A DNA stretch of 47,012 nt from Candidatus Heimdallarchaeota archaeon (GTDB lineage Archaea; Asgardarchaeota; Heimdallarchaeia; Hodarchaeales; Hodarchaeaceae), in contig JBHLSH010000020.1 of the NCBI GenBank assembly GCA_048881705.1, positions 1-47,012 on the forward strand, read 5' to 3'. The translations under genes and the position numbers were made by a program. The notes under the pieces were generated by a model. It saw only the letters and a program-made list of their open reading frames with translations, ran no database searches and had not been told where the DNA came from. This document shows, piece after piece, positions 9,851 to 22,163 of this stretch. Position 1 is the first letter of the stretch. The number at the start of each line of letters is the position of its first letter.

Positions 9851-10366
9851 TTGCAAATTCTTTCGTTCATTTGTTCCATACCGGGAAATTTCTGGCATGC
9901 TACGTTTTTTTCGTCCTTTATAGTTGAAACTAATCCAGATTTAAACACCAATTTTATTCCTCCTCTTTTCTCAGATTTATTAAGCGTAGCAATAATTATA
10001 TTAAACATTACACTGTTATATGGAGGTATAGCATATTTATTGGATTTTAACGGTAGAAACGGTAAAATGATGGTAATTAGATCGGTTGTGGTGTTTCTAT
10101 TGTTGATTTCTCTTTTTTCTCCATCGTATGATCCTATTACATTTAATTTCCGCTATTTCGAAAACATTTTTCCCTTGGTATCATACATACTTGCATATAT
10201 GCTGTTTATATTTGCAGCATCCGCATTAGTTCTGTTCATTGGAAATTTAGGATTCTATCTTCTATCCTCACATCCCAGAAAAGGCGAGGGCCTGAAACGA
10301 TGTGGATTTTGTTTGCTTTGCGTCCTCTTACCGCTAGGGTTTCAATTTCCAAAATTCCCTTTGTAA
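9851..10366 (+). CDS. Four-TM membrane protein made of two helical hairpins
   Basis: Two TM-loop-TM units with Gly/basic loops (YGGIAYLLDFNGRNGKMMVIRSVVVF; LGFYLLSSHPRKGEGLKRCGFCLL). The start codon is uncertain. Confidence 0.6.
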   Translation: MQILSFICSIPGNFWHATFFSSFIVETNPDLNTNFIPPLFSDLLSVAIIILNITLLYGGIAYLLDFNGRNGKMMVIRSVVVFLLLISLFSPSYDPITFNFRYFENIFPLVSYILAYMLFIFAASALVLFIGNLGFYLLSSHPRKGEGLKRCGFCLLCVLLPLGFQFPKFPL

Positions 10367-10379
10367 ATGATGTGGTCTG

Positions 10380-10607
10380 ATGTTCGAGAATGTTCTTTCA
10401 CAGTTCATAACGGCCCTATATCATCTTGTACTATCTGTTCCATTCGGTGCCTTCCTTATTGTGATCGGTGCAATCATCTATGCTCCTACCGGGCACCGCT
10501 TAGGAAGATATTTTGTTATCATTGGGCTGCTAATTTTCACCATCCAAAGCGGTATCATCTCAAGCGATCCGCTATGGAAGGAAGGCATCATCTTACGATT
10601 TTTTTGA
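10380..10607 (+). CDS. Small two-TM protein, TrbC/VirB2-like architecture
   Basis: 75 aa: amphipathic N-terminus, TM1 GAFLIVIGAIIY, loop PTGHRLGR, TM2 YFVIIGLLIFTI. Starts 13 nt after the previous gene. Confidence 0.55.
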   Translation: MFENVLSQFITALYHLVLSVPFGAFLIVIGAIIYAPTGHRLGRYFVIIGLLIFTIQSGIISSDPLWKEGIILRFF

Positions 10608-10690
10608 GTAAAACAGTGAAAAATACATAAAGAAATCGTAGGTTTGCATTATCTAAGTATTCTTTGTGATTCTTGTCGTTGCCTCGCCCT

Positions 10691-10707
10691 AAGTTTTCTT
10701 TATAAGC
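10691..10707 (+). promoter_or_regulatory. Possible TATA element upstream of rpoA'
   Basis: AAGTTTTCTTTATAAG lies about 55 nt upstream of the probable ATG at 10760. Confidence 0.4.
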
Positions 10708-10759
10708 TGACAATCCCGTTAACCTAATTATGTAGAAATTGGTACTGGGAGAAAACGTA

Positions 10760-13447
10760 ATGTGGACACCAGAACTTAAGAAAATAAGCCAAATACAATT
10801 TGGAATCCTTTCACCTGATGAAATTCGAAAGATGGCTGTCACCAAAATTATTACAGCCGATACGTATAACGAGGATGGGACTCCCATTGAGGGAGGTCTT
10901 ATAGATCGTCGGTTGGGGACTATTGAACCAGGTCAGCGCTGCAAGACCTGTGGAAATCAGGTAGGGGATTGTCCGGGACATTTCGGGATGATTGAGCTGG
11001 CTAGACCAGTTGTTCACGTTGGATATGCCAAAGCCATTATCTATAAATTGTTACGATCTACCTGCAGAGCTTGCTCTCGTATTCTTTTGGACACTCATGC
11101 AATGAAGAAATATCAAAAACTTCTCGATAAGGCTGCCGAAGAAGAAGATCTGAAATCGTCACAAGAAATCTACAAGGAAGTAGTTAAGGAAGCGCGCAAG
11201 AAAGGAGAATGCCCCCATTGCGAGAACCCACTCTTTAAGATCAAGTATGAAAAGCCCACGAGTTTTTATGAAGAAACACCCGAGGGATCAGTTCGCATCA
11301 CCCCCTCTGAAATCCAAAAGCGGTTTGAAGGCATTCCAACCCAGGATCTGATGCTCCTAGGAATCGACCCAAACTATTCGCGTCCCGAATGGATGATCCT
11401 TACTGTTTTACCTGTTCCTCCTGTTTCTGTTCGGGCCTCTATTACATTGGAATCAGGCGTACGAAGTGAAGATGATTTAACGCACAAACTCGTTGATATA
11501 ATCCGCATCAACCAAAGGTTACGGGAAAATGTTGAAGCTGGAGCGCCACAACTCATTGTGGAGGACTTATGGGAACTATTACAATACCACGTTACTACTT
11601 TCATGGACAATGAGGTTGCAGGAATCCCTCCAGCACGACATCGTTCTGGACGGGCATTACGTACACTTACTCAACGATTACGAGGGAAGGAAGGACGATT
11701 CCGAGGAAATCTCTCTGGAAAACGAGTTGATTTTTCAGCGCGTACCGTGGTTTCTCCTGACCCCAATATCTCTATCAACGAAGTAGGTGTTCCTGAGCAA
11801 ATTGCAAAAATTCTAACGGTTCCTGAACGCGTCACAGAGTGGAACATAGAAGAAATGAAAGAACTGGTGATGAATGGTCCAAATCCAGACAAAGATGATA
11901 AAACAGGAGTGTCGAAGACGGGGTCAAATTATATAATACGTCCCGATGGCAAGCGAATTGACCTTCGTTTTGTTGGTGATTTAAATAACACCGCAGAGAT
12001 GATTGATCAAGGTTTCGTTGTAGAACGTCATCTTAGGGACGGGGATATGGTTCTCTTCAATCGTCAACCATCGCTCCATCGTATGTCTATTATGGCCCAC
12101 GAAGTTCGGGTGATGCCCTACAAAACCTTTAGACTACATTTGTGTGTATGTACTCCCTATAACGCGGATTTTGACGGTGATGAGATGAATCTGCACGTTC
12201 CCCAAAGCGAGGAAGCGCGAGCTGAGACCCGAGTTTTGATGCGTGTACAGGAGCAGATTCTGTCTCCTCGTTATGGTGGCCCAATTATTGGGGCCTTGCA
12301 TGATTATGTATCTGCTGCTTTTTTGTTAACTCGAAAGAGAACATTAATCTCCAAAGAAGATGTTTGGCAGCTACTACTCTCTGGAAACTACGAAGGGGAG
12401 CTTCCACCACCAGCCGTTACTCATCCAACGGAATTATGGACTGGCAAACAGGTTTTTAGCCTCTTGTTGCCACCCGACGTCAACGTGACTACCAAATCTC
12501 GTACATGCCGGAAAAATGATGTCTGCAAGGGAGAACTATGTGAAAATGATAGTTATGTTTACATCCGCGGAGGACAACTACTTTCTGGAGTCATAGACAG
12601 GCGTGCAATTGGTGCGGATGAATCTGAAAGTGTTCTGCATGTTGTAGTCAAAGATCATGGTAGCGATAGGGCCAGAGATTTCTTGGATTCCTTGACTCAA
12701 ATGCTTTTAGAATTTCTCTCACACGAAGGATTTAGCCTGGGATATTCAAACGTTAACATGCCAGAGGAGGGGAAAAAACGGATCAAGGCCTTGATTGAAA
12801 ATAATGAAAAACGGGCCAGCGAAATGATAGAATCTTATAGAAGGGGAGAGCTGGAACCGCTGCCTGGAAAATCCCCTGAAGAAACCCTTGAAATGAGGAT
12901 TATGAGTGTGTTGGCAACAGCACGAGATAGTGCAGGCAACGTTGCAAATGATTATATGGGGATTTCAAATTCAGCTGTTGTGATGGCGTCAACAGGTGCA
13001 AAAGGAACAACTCTTAACATTGCCCAGATGGCTGCGTGTGTTGGACAGCAGTCTATTCGGGGAGAGCGAATTTTGCGTGGATATCGTCAGCGTTCTCTGC
13101 CCCATTTTCAAAAAAATGACATTGGTCCAGTTGCCAGGGGTTTTGTAAGATCTAATTATCGAATAGGGTTATCACCAACTGAATTCTTTTTCCATGCTCA
13201 GGGCGGTCGTGAAGGCCTTGTAGATACTGCGGTACGCACCTCTACAAGTGGATACCTTCAACGAAGGTTGGTAAATGCACTTCAAGATCTTCATGTAAAT
13301 TATGACATCATTGTTCGCACAACGGAGGGAGATGTGGTTCAGTTACGCTATGGAGAGGATGGAGTTGATCCGATGAAATCTTACCATGGCAGACCAGTCG
13401 ATATCGAAGCCATTATAGAGGAAGTCCTTTCCTCAGAAGAGAATTAA
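10760..13447 (+). CDS. rpoA1: DNA-directed RNA polymerase subunit A' (Rpo1N)
   Basis: CKTCG...CPGHFG Zn site, KEGRFRGNLSGKRVDFSAR, catalytic YNADFDGDEMN, GGREGLVDTAVRTSTSGY. The ORF opens at 10739; the ATG at 10760 follows GGGAG. No intein. Confidence 0.98.
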   Translation: MWTPELKKISQIQFGILSPDEIRKMAVTKIITADTYNEDGTPIEGGLIDRRLGTIEPGQRCKTCGNQVGDCPGHFGMIELARPVVHVGYAKAIIYKLLRSTCRACSRILLDTHAMKKYQKLLDKAAEEEDLKSSQEIYKEVVKEARKKGECPHCENPLFKIKYEKPTSFYEETPEGSVRITPSEIQKRFEGIPTQDLMLLGIDPNYSRPEWMILTVLPVPPVSVRASITLESGVRSEDDLTHKLVDIIRINQRLRENVEAGAPQLIVEDLWELLQYHVTTFMDNEVAGIPPARHRSGRALRTLTQRLRGKEGRFRGNLSGKRVDFSARTVVSPDPNISINEVGVPEQIAKILTVPERVTEWNIEEMKELVMNGPNPDKDDKTGVSKTGSNYIIRPDGKRIDLRFVGDLNNTAEMIDQGFVVERHLRDGDMVLFNRQPSLHRMSIMAHEVRVMPYKTFRLHLCVCTPYNADFDGDEMNLHVPQSEEARAETRVLMRVQEQILSPRYGGPIIGALHDYVSAAFLLTRKRTLISKEDVWQLLLSGNYEGELPPPAVTHPTELWTGKQVFSLLLPPDVNVTTKSRTCRKNDVCKGELCENDSYVYIRGGQLLSGVIDRRAIGADESESVLHVVVKDHGSDRARDFLDSLTQMLLEFLSHEGFSLGYSNVNMPEEGKKRIKALIENNEKRASEMIESYRRGELEPLPGKSPEETLEMRIMSVLATARDSAGNVANDYMGISNSAVVMASTGAKGTTLNIAQMAACVGQQSIRGERILRGYRQRSLPHFQKNDIGPVARGFVRSNYRIGLSPTEFFFHAQGGREGLVDTAVRTSTSGYLQRRLVNALQDLHVNYDIIVRTTEGDVVQLRYGEDGVDPMKSYHGRPVDIEAIIEEVLSSEEN

Positions 13448-14967
<1,520 letters not shown>

Positions 14968-14981
14968 GGGGAAGGCACCTG

Positions 14982-15422
14982 TTGTCAAATATACGCATGT
15001 CTCAAGAAGAACTTCGCTTCATTTCCATGCTTGAAGGATTGACCGGTGCCTTAGCCTTGGACTGTATCTGGGACAAAACAGAGAGTCGTGTGATTTTTGT
15101 TGTGAGACGTCATGATACGGGGAAAGTTATCGGCCGTGGGGGAACCACGATCCGCCGGTTACGAGAGCATTTCCAGAAACAGGTGGATGTTGTTGAATAT
15201 TCTGAACAGCTCGAGAAATTTGCTTCAAACACCCTTGCCCCAGCAAAAACACAGAACGTTGAATTACATGAAAAATCGGGTAAGAAAACAGTTGTAATTA
15301 CCGTAATACCTCAGGAAAAAGGAAAGGCAATTGGTAAAAACGGAAGAAATATTCAAAAGTCTCGTTTGTTACTTAAGCGTCATTTTGGTGTTAATAATGT
15401 TATAATCCAAACACCTACGTAA
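14982..15422 (+). CDS. nusA: Archaeal NusA (two KH domains)
   Basis: GKVIGRGGTTI and KGKAIGKNGRNI KH motifs, in the canonical position. Confidence 0.93.
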   Translation: MSNIRMSQEELRFISMLEGLTGALALDCIWDKTESRVIFVVRRHDTGKVIGRGGTTIRRLREHFQKQVDVVEYSEQLEKFASNTLAPAKTQNVELHEKSGKKTVVITVIPQEKGKAIGKNGRNIQKSRLLLKRHFGVNNVIIQTPT

Positions 15423-15513
15423 CACATTTTGCCGATAATTACCCCATCCCTATATTATTATACCCTCTGCAAAACGAGCCCTTGGAGTTACCAACGATTA
15501 ATCGGATAGTTCT

Positions 15514-15525
15514 AAAACTTTTAAT
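15514..15525 (+). promoter_or_regulatory. BRE/TATA element upstream of rps12
   Basis: AAAACTTTTAAT about 40 nt upstream of the rps12 ATG, within a 142-nt intergenic gap. Confidence 0.5.
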
Positions 15526-15564
15526 TCCCAACTTTCGGCTGGTATTGAGATTTAGTGGTTAAAG

Positions 15565-16008
15565 ATGACTGGTTTAAAATCACCACGTGGAGAATTTGCG
15601 GCAAATAAACTAGTTAGGAAGCGCAAAAAATTCCAGTGGAAAAGTACAACGTACAAACGTAAGGTGCTTCGTCTCAAAGAGAAGTTTGATCCTTTAGAAG
15701 GTGCCCCTCAAGCTCGAGGAATCGTGATAGAGAAGGTTGGGATTGAATCCAAACAACCAAATTCTGCGATTCGAAAGTGTGTTCGTGTACAGTTGATCAA
15801 AAACGGTAAACAAGTTACTGCTTTTGTTCCTGGTGACGGAGGACTATTATATATTGATGAACACGATGAAATAACTATTGAAGGGATTGGCGGTGCTAAA
15901 GGAAGAGCCATCGGAGATTTACCTGGCGTAAGATACAAGGTTATCCATGTTAATGGGGTTAGTCTCGAAGCCATGCTTTCAGGCAAACGTGAGAAAGCTA
16001 TGCGTTAA
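15565..16008 (+). CDS. rps12: 30S ribosomal protein S12
   Basis: [39 protein letters not shown]. Confidence 0.98.
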   Translation: MTGLKSPRGEFAANKLVRKRKKFQWKSTTYKRKVLRLKEKFDPLEGAPQARGIVIEKVGIESKQPNSAIRKCVRVQLIKNGKQVTAFVPGDGGLLYIDEHDEITIEGIGGAKGRAIGDLPGVRYKVIHVNGVSLEAMLSGKREKAMR

Positions 16009-16137
16009 CTTCGAAGATGCCCAAAAACCAGGAAATATTCCAAAATCTTTTCCAGCTTCATTCCATATGGCTTGATGAAACATATCGGTTATGTGAAGAG
16101 CCGTAAGGAGATACCCTTAGGGCAAACTTTTCCTTTT

Positions 16138-18291
16138 CTACCTTTCTAACGGATTAAACCATAATTCTTGATATTTCTTGCGCAATCGTGTGTAAAATGG
16201 GGCGTTCTTGAGAGAATTGAGAACATGAGATTGTTGGACCTCAAAAGTAAAATTATTGGTTTGGAGTAATGTTACCTTGCCATTAACTGAAAGAATACAG
16301 CGCCGTCCAGTTGGTTTGACTTTTAGAAGGTTTCGAAGTTGTTCATAATCGGTTTTACTCAAACCTAGAAGGTTAGAGATGGCATAAGAATCATAATTGG
16401 TAAAAAAAATGGCCAAAATACCTGTATTGGTTAAGATTGCCTGATCTATAATAGGATCAGTACCCACAAATATCATCGATACGTCATACGCGCGCAGGGT
16501 CCATGGCCCACGACCAATCATGGAAGTCGGAGATTGGACTCGATGATTCTTAGTAGGAATGAGCTTCTGTGTCTCATCCAAAACAATAACGTTTTTTGGA
16601 AGCGAATCTTCTTTGTAAGGTAACCGAGACATTCTGATAAAGTAGTAAAGGAATTGAAAAACCACCTCAAGAAAGATTCGCCTACCCAATTGATCCTCCA
16701 TTGCCTCGAAACCTGAAAGATCAATGATCGAATTCCTTTCCAATAGATCCCCGATCTCAAAGGTCGTCTCACGAACCGTGAAACAGCGTCCTGTGTTACC
16801 AAAAAAGAGTTTTTCAATACGATTGATTATACCTGCCGATGTGTTCTCCAGATACGTCCCTTGAATACCTAGATCTTTAGGTGATTGAACCAATGAAACA
16901 AAGTGTTTGAAATCTCCACGATGCTTTACTGTTTCGATCACAGCCTGATGCAATACTCGCCGCATCTGCGGCGAAACATTGTCGCTATCTTCAAAGATAT
17001 GTTCTAGAACGGAAACAACGAACAGGACATGATCTTCCATAGGAATAAGGTCTTCTCCTCTATTATCTTTTGGAATTTGAAAAATATTTATTCCCCAGGG
17101 AAAAGTAGACGACCCCGGCTTTATATAAACGAAATCGTCACAGAAGGATTTAACTGGCTGAATATATTCCCCTTTGGGGTCAAAAATAAGAAATTTGACC
17201 TTTTGACGGTAGAATTCTTTAATCACACCATATATAAAGCGGCTTTTTCCTTCTCCAGTCATACCAAAAACTGCCATATGCCTATTGAGATCGTTTCCTC
17301 CAAGTAATAACGGATTATTTGCAGTTCGGCCGCTAGTAATTGGAACACCGAGATCGATAACAAACTTGGAGCTAGGAGTATTTAGTCCTGCTGATAAATC
17401 ATACTCGATCTTGTGTGGAACAAGGGAGTAGCCATTGTGCGAATACTGATGATGAGGGAGGGAAATAAAACCCATCAAGGAATAACCATCTAGAATAATA
17501 GGAGTAACGAGTTTCCGTTTCAAAATCATTCTCTTTAATGCTTTAAAGCGCTTGAATCCTTTAGGGTAGGTAGTGGTTCGAAATCCTTTGGATTCGAATA
17601 AAACGGATAAACGGGATAATTTGGATTGGAGAGTTTGGCGATCTGTTTCGACAATTAGTACTCGCGGTGAAAATTCATAACATCCTACTTCAGTCATAAC
17701 ATTCGCTTTAATAGGGTTGATTCGTCTTTCAACCCTCCCCCTGTGTAAATCAAACCGAAGCTGCGGGAGTTGTAAGTTAGACTCAGTAGGTTGGAATTCC
17801 TTAGGAACTTCGATAGAGCGAAAAACTAGCTGCGCGATAGCAAATTGCGGATTATCAGTCAAAACTTCTAAAAGATCATCTGAAAAGGATCCTGCGGCTA
17901 CAGCACCGACATGGTGATGTTTTGGTGTTGCTAATATTCCTCCTGCATGGAAACCGCTGGAAAGCCCCTCCATTGTCATTCTACTTTGGAGCATTTCTAG
18001 TACGATATGGATTGAAGGAGAATGAATTTTGAATAGGTCTGGATGTAGCCCTAACGCCGACGCAAACTGCTTTATTACGGCTAAACCTCGTTCATGGTTC
18101 TTTTTTCTTAACCAACCTCCCTTCACGGTATACATATCAATTTTGACCGTTTTTGGTTTAAAAATCGAATATTCTAATGAAAAAATCGAACTACTGTGCT
18201 GGAAAACGGAAATACTGGTTTTATCATAATCCAACGGAACGTATTCAAAGCTAAAGGCGGTTAATGACCCGGACATCGGATTATACATCAC
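16138..18291 (-). CDS. HerA/VirB4/TraG-like (DUF87-type) P-loop ATPase
   Basis: LNRHMAVFGMTGEGKS (Walker A), IFDPKGEY, IVLDETQKL (Walker B), and a long uncharacterised N-terminal region. Confidence 0.85.
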   Translation of the reverse strand: MMYNPMSGSLTAFSFEYVPLDYDKTSISVFQHSSSIFSLEYSIFKPKTVKIDMYTVKGGWLRKKNHERGLAVIKQFASALGLHPDLFKIHSPSIHIVLEMLQSRMTMEGLSSGFHAGGILATPKHHHVGAVAAGSFSDDLLEVLTDNPQFAIAQLVFRSIEVPKEFQPTESNLQLPQLRFDLHRGRVERRINPIKANVMTEVGCYEFSPRVLIVETDRQTLQSKLSRLSVLFESKGFRTTTYPKGFKRFKALKRMILKRKLVTPIILDGYSLMGFISLPHHQYSHNGYSLVPHKIEYDLSAGLNTPSSKFVIDLGVPITSGRTANNPLLLGGNDLNRHMAVFGMTGEGKSRFIYGVIKEFYRQKVKFLIFDPKGEYIQPVKSFCDDFVYIKPGSSTFPWGINIFQIPKDNRGEDLIPMEDHVLFVVSVLEHIFEDSDNVSPQMRRVLHQAVIETVKHRGDFKHFVSLVQSPKDLGIQGTYLENTSAGIINRIEKLFFGNTGRCFTVRETTFEIGDLLERNSIIDLSGFEAMEDQLGRRIFLEVVFQFLYYFIRMSRLPYKEDSLPKNVIVLDETQKLIPTKNHRVQSPTSMIGRGPWTLRAYDVSMIFVGTDPIIDQAILTNTGILAIFFTNYDSYAISNLLGLSKTDYEQLRNLLKVKPTGRRCILSVNGKVTLLQTNNFTFEVQQSHVLNSLKNAPFYTRLRKKYQELWFNPLER

Positions 18292-18482
18292 AATCGGAGA
18301 TTCTGATCAATGGAATTGACCAGTCTCTCAAATTTGTTGTCCATAGTATCCTTATAATAGCCCGAAAATATCTCGTACAAAGCAAAAGCTAACACCCTCT
18401 CCATGCAAAGTGATTCCTTATCTACCAGTCGAACAGACACTAGATCAAATCTTGTCATACATGGACGATTTTTTGTCCCTAT

Positions 18483-18503
18483 TTCTTTATCAGGGGGGTT
18501 CTA
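18483..18503 (-). promoter_or_regulatory. 3' strand of the 16S pre-rRNA bulge-helix-bulge processing stem
   Basis: RNA UAGAACCCC-CCUG-AUA-AAGAA pairs with the 20163-20184 strand to give a 4-bp helix (CAGG/CCUG) flanked by two 3-nt bulges. Confidence 0.8.
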
Positions 18504-18619
18504 CGACCTTGCAATTTTGGGCACGCCACTCATATGAGCAGCTTCAAGGCCACAGGGTTATATTCGGTTTCGGCCGCCTATTGGCCGCCAAAACCAGCTG
18601 GATTCCCAGCAAATTTGTA

Positions 18620-20098
<1,479 letters not shown>

Positions 20099-20162
20099 AC
20101 ACGGAAGTTTTTGTGAGTTCACAATGAATTAAGGTTTGGGAATCATTTATCGCGGAGGTAAA

Positions 20163-20184
20163 TAGAACCCTCTTTCCTGAAGAA
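20163..20184 (-). promoter_or_regulatory. 5' strand of the 16S pre-rRNA bulge-helix-bulge processing stem
   Basis: RNA UUCUU-CAGG-AAA-GAGGGUUCUA is complementary to 18483-18503. Confidence 0.8.
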
Positions 20185-20199
20185 TTGGGAGTAATAAAT

Positions 20200-20545
20200 T
20201 ATGAGCCCATGTTATTGGATCTAGTGTCTGTACGCTGTTTAGACATTGGTCGAAAAGTTATTAGAAAGGAAAACTCCCGTTGCCAGGACGACCTCGCCGT
20301 TGACCAAGTACGACATAAACCGTACTTCCCAGTACCCCGATTTGCAGGGACTTGGGGGCTCCAGCTTCGCTTAACCCACGTTTTAGGGATTACGTTTCCT
20401 AACCGCTGGGGGGTTGTGAGGGTTATATAGCCTGCGAGGGCCTCACCCCAGCTCCTCACTATTCTGCTGGGATGTGTTTAACATTCAAGATGGGCACCTC
20501 TGATTAGGAGGAGGAACATGCCCGCTCTCGCTTGGGCTTTCCCCC
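20200..20545 (-). ncRNA. Unidentified GC-rich structured RNA or long 16S 5' leader
   Basis: Several perfect stems: 20405-20452 GCTGGGG/CCCCAGC, 20492-20523 GGGCA/TGCCC, 20306-20327 AAGTACG/CGTACTT, 20381-20403 TTTAGG/CCTAAA, and GAGCCC/GGGCTC closing 20203-20361. Strand is assumed from the promoter motif and the 16S. Confidence 0.5.
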
Positions 20546-20558
20546 TATAAAAACTTTT
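20546..20558 (-). promoter_or_regulatory. BRE/TATA element, probable rRNA-leader promoter
   Basis: Minus strand AAAAGTTTTTATA sits immediately upstream of the structured GC-rich block. Confidence 0.55.
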
Positions 20559-20713
20559 ACTTTGAAGGGTTCCCGATAAGGGTTAAGGCTTCCGCACTTT
20601 GAGGTGTGATAACTCTACTCTTACTTGTGAGATAGATTTCTTAAATGGAATGCATCCTCTCTATGCTTCAGCAGCTCATATTCTGGATAATTATAGAAAT
20701 AAGCATGTAGAAG

Positions 20714-22120
20714 TTAAAAAACACTGGTTGGGCTGTGGAACGGATTTTTGGCCGCAACTAAAAGGAGAATTCCTGCGCAACTTAACACAAATAAGAATAA
20801 TAAAGCTTCTATGAACCCTAATGTCCCTAATATTGTACCGATAGTGGTGAATCCAACTAAGGAAACCAATAGATTTATAGTATTATATAAAGACTCTTGA
20901 GTGCTTCTGGTCGGAGCGGAAGTAAGCTTATAGTATAATTGCCAGTATATTCCTGTTGCTAATCCCCCGATAATTATTTGACAGAAAAAAACCAAAATGA
21001 TTACAGTTATTCTTATGAAATTGGGCAGATTGAATATCATTAGACCTGCATAAAGAAACCAAATGACAGGGAACTGAAATGAATAGAATAAAATGATTCC
21101 CCAATATGGGGATCGAACAAAGGCAGTTAATCGTCCAGAAATACGGCAAGATATGGCGTAAAGAAGGTCGGAAAACGCTCTAGTCCAGGTCACCAATAGG
21201 ATTGAAACCGCGGTGAAGTGGATGACAATGTCGTTTTGACGGAATGCTTGCGTATTGGAATCCAGTTCGTATAATAATGGCGTAAGGATTAAGGAACGAA
21301 ATGAAACTGAAGTAAATGATAGCAATGCAAAGCCCATTAGAAAAGGGGTGATTATTAGAAAGTTACTCCTAAGATAGGATCGGAAAAGACTTAGTCGCCC
21401 ACTTAATTTTATTTTTTCCTCAGCTTGATTAATTGGGGATACTAAACGTCTATCTAAATTCTCAGACTCACCTAGAAGGGCTCCTTTATTGAGAGAACTA
21501 GGAAGGGTAACAAATTTGTACCCAACCATGATGCCGATAGTGGCGATAAATGCCTGGGAAATGAAAATCACTTGAGGCGGGAAGTAACCTTGCTGGATTA
21601 AAATTCCTCCAATCAGGGTAGCTAGAATAATCCAGAGAGTTTTAGCGAACGTGATATTTCCCATGGCTTTTCTAAATAGATTATCAGGTACCGATGAATC
21701 TCGCACTAAAATATCCCAGGAATTCATAAACCACGAGCTATAAGAACCGGAAAGTAGTGCAGAATAGATGCCAACAACTATTTCGAGAATGGCTAGGTGA
21801 AATGATCTAGTGGCAACAATGAGTCCCAAATAATAGATCACCAAACAACACATAGCACCACAATAGGCTATCCGTTGTCCCAATCGATCTGTCAAGTATC
21901 CAAGCGGGATATCGAGTATGATTCCACAAACTAGTCCTAAACCAACAACGAATCCAAAGGCTTCAAATGAATCGAGTATTGCTAAATAATAAAGAGAAAT
22001 CCATCCATTACTCAGATAAATTCCACAAACTAAGATTTGGAGAGTGATATATTTAAAGCTCAAGATCTGTAATTCTTGGGGAAAGCTGTCAACGCCTAGA
22101 ACGGAATGGATAAATGTCAT
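20714..22120 (-). CDS. Major facilitator superfamily transporter
   Basis: About 12 TM segments and the MFS motif GYLTDRLGQR. The ORF opens at 22192; likely start is the ATG at 22120. Confidence 0.85.
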   Translation of the reverse strand: MTFIHSVLGVDSFPQELQILSFKYITLQILVCGIYLSNGWISLYYLAILDSFEAFGFVVGLGLVCGIILDIPLGYLTDRLGQRIAYCGAMCCLVIYYLGLIVATRSFHLAILEIVVGIYSALLSGSYSSWFMNSWDILVRDSSVPDNLFRKAMGNITFAKTLWIILATLIGGILIQQGYFPPQVIFISQAFIATIGIMVGYKFVTLPSSLNKGALLGESENLDRRLVSPINQAEEKIKLSGRLSLFRSYLRSNFLIITPFLMGFALLSFTSVSFRSLILTPLLYELDSNTQAFRQNDIVIHFTAVSILLVTWTRAFSDLLYAISCRISGRLTAFVRSPYWGIILFYSFQFPVIWFLYAGLMIFNLPNFIRITVIILVFFCQIIIGGLATGIYWQLYYKLTSAPTRSTQESLYNTINLLVSLVGFTTIGTILGTLGFIEALLFLFVLSCAGILLLVAAKNPFHSPTSVF

Positions 22121-22163
22121 GGCTTGTATCCCACATTCTTGAGTTATTATCTCTTGAGAAAGC

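Noticed and set aside
18530-18600. GGCGGCCAAUAGGCGG on the minus strand after the 16S, resembling a 5S rRNA 5' end
   Set aside because: The rest does not follow the 5S helix pattern, and the segment lies inside the BHB-closed 3' spacer, where it forms local hairpins.
20260-20280. AGGAAAACTCC on the plus strand, resembling RNase P CR-I
   Set aside because: I found no matching CR-V (ACAGAA..GGxUUA) or P4 partner. It is kept only as part of the unidentified structured element.
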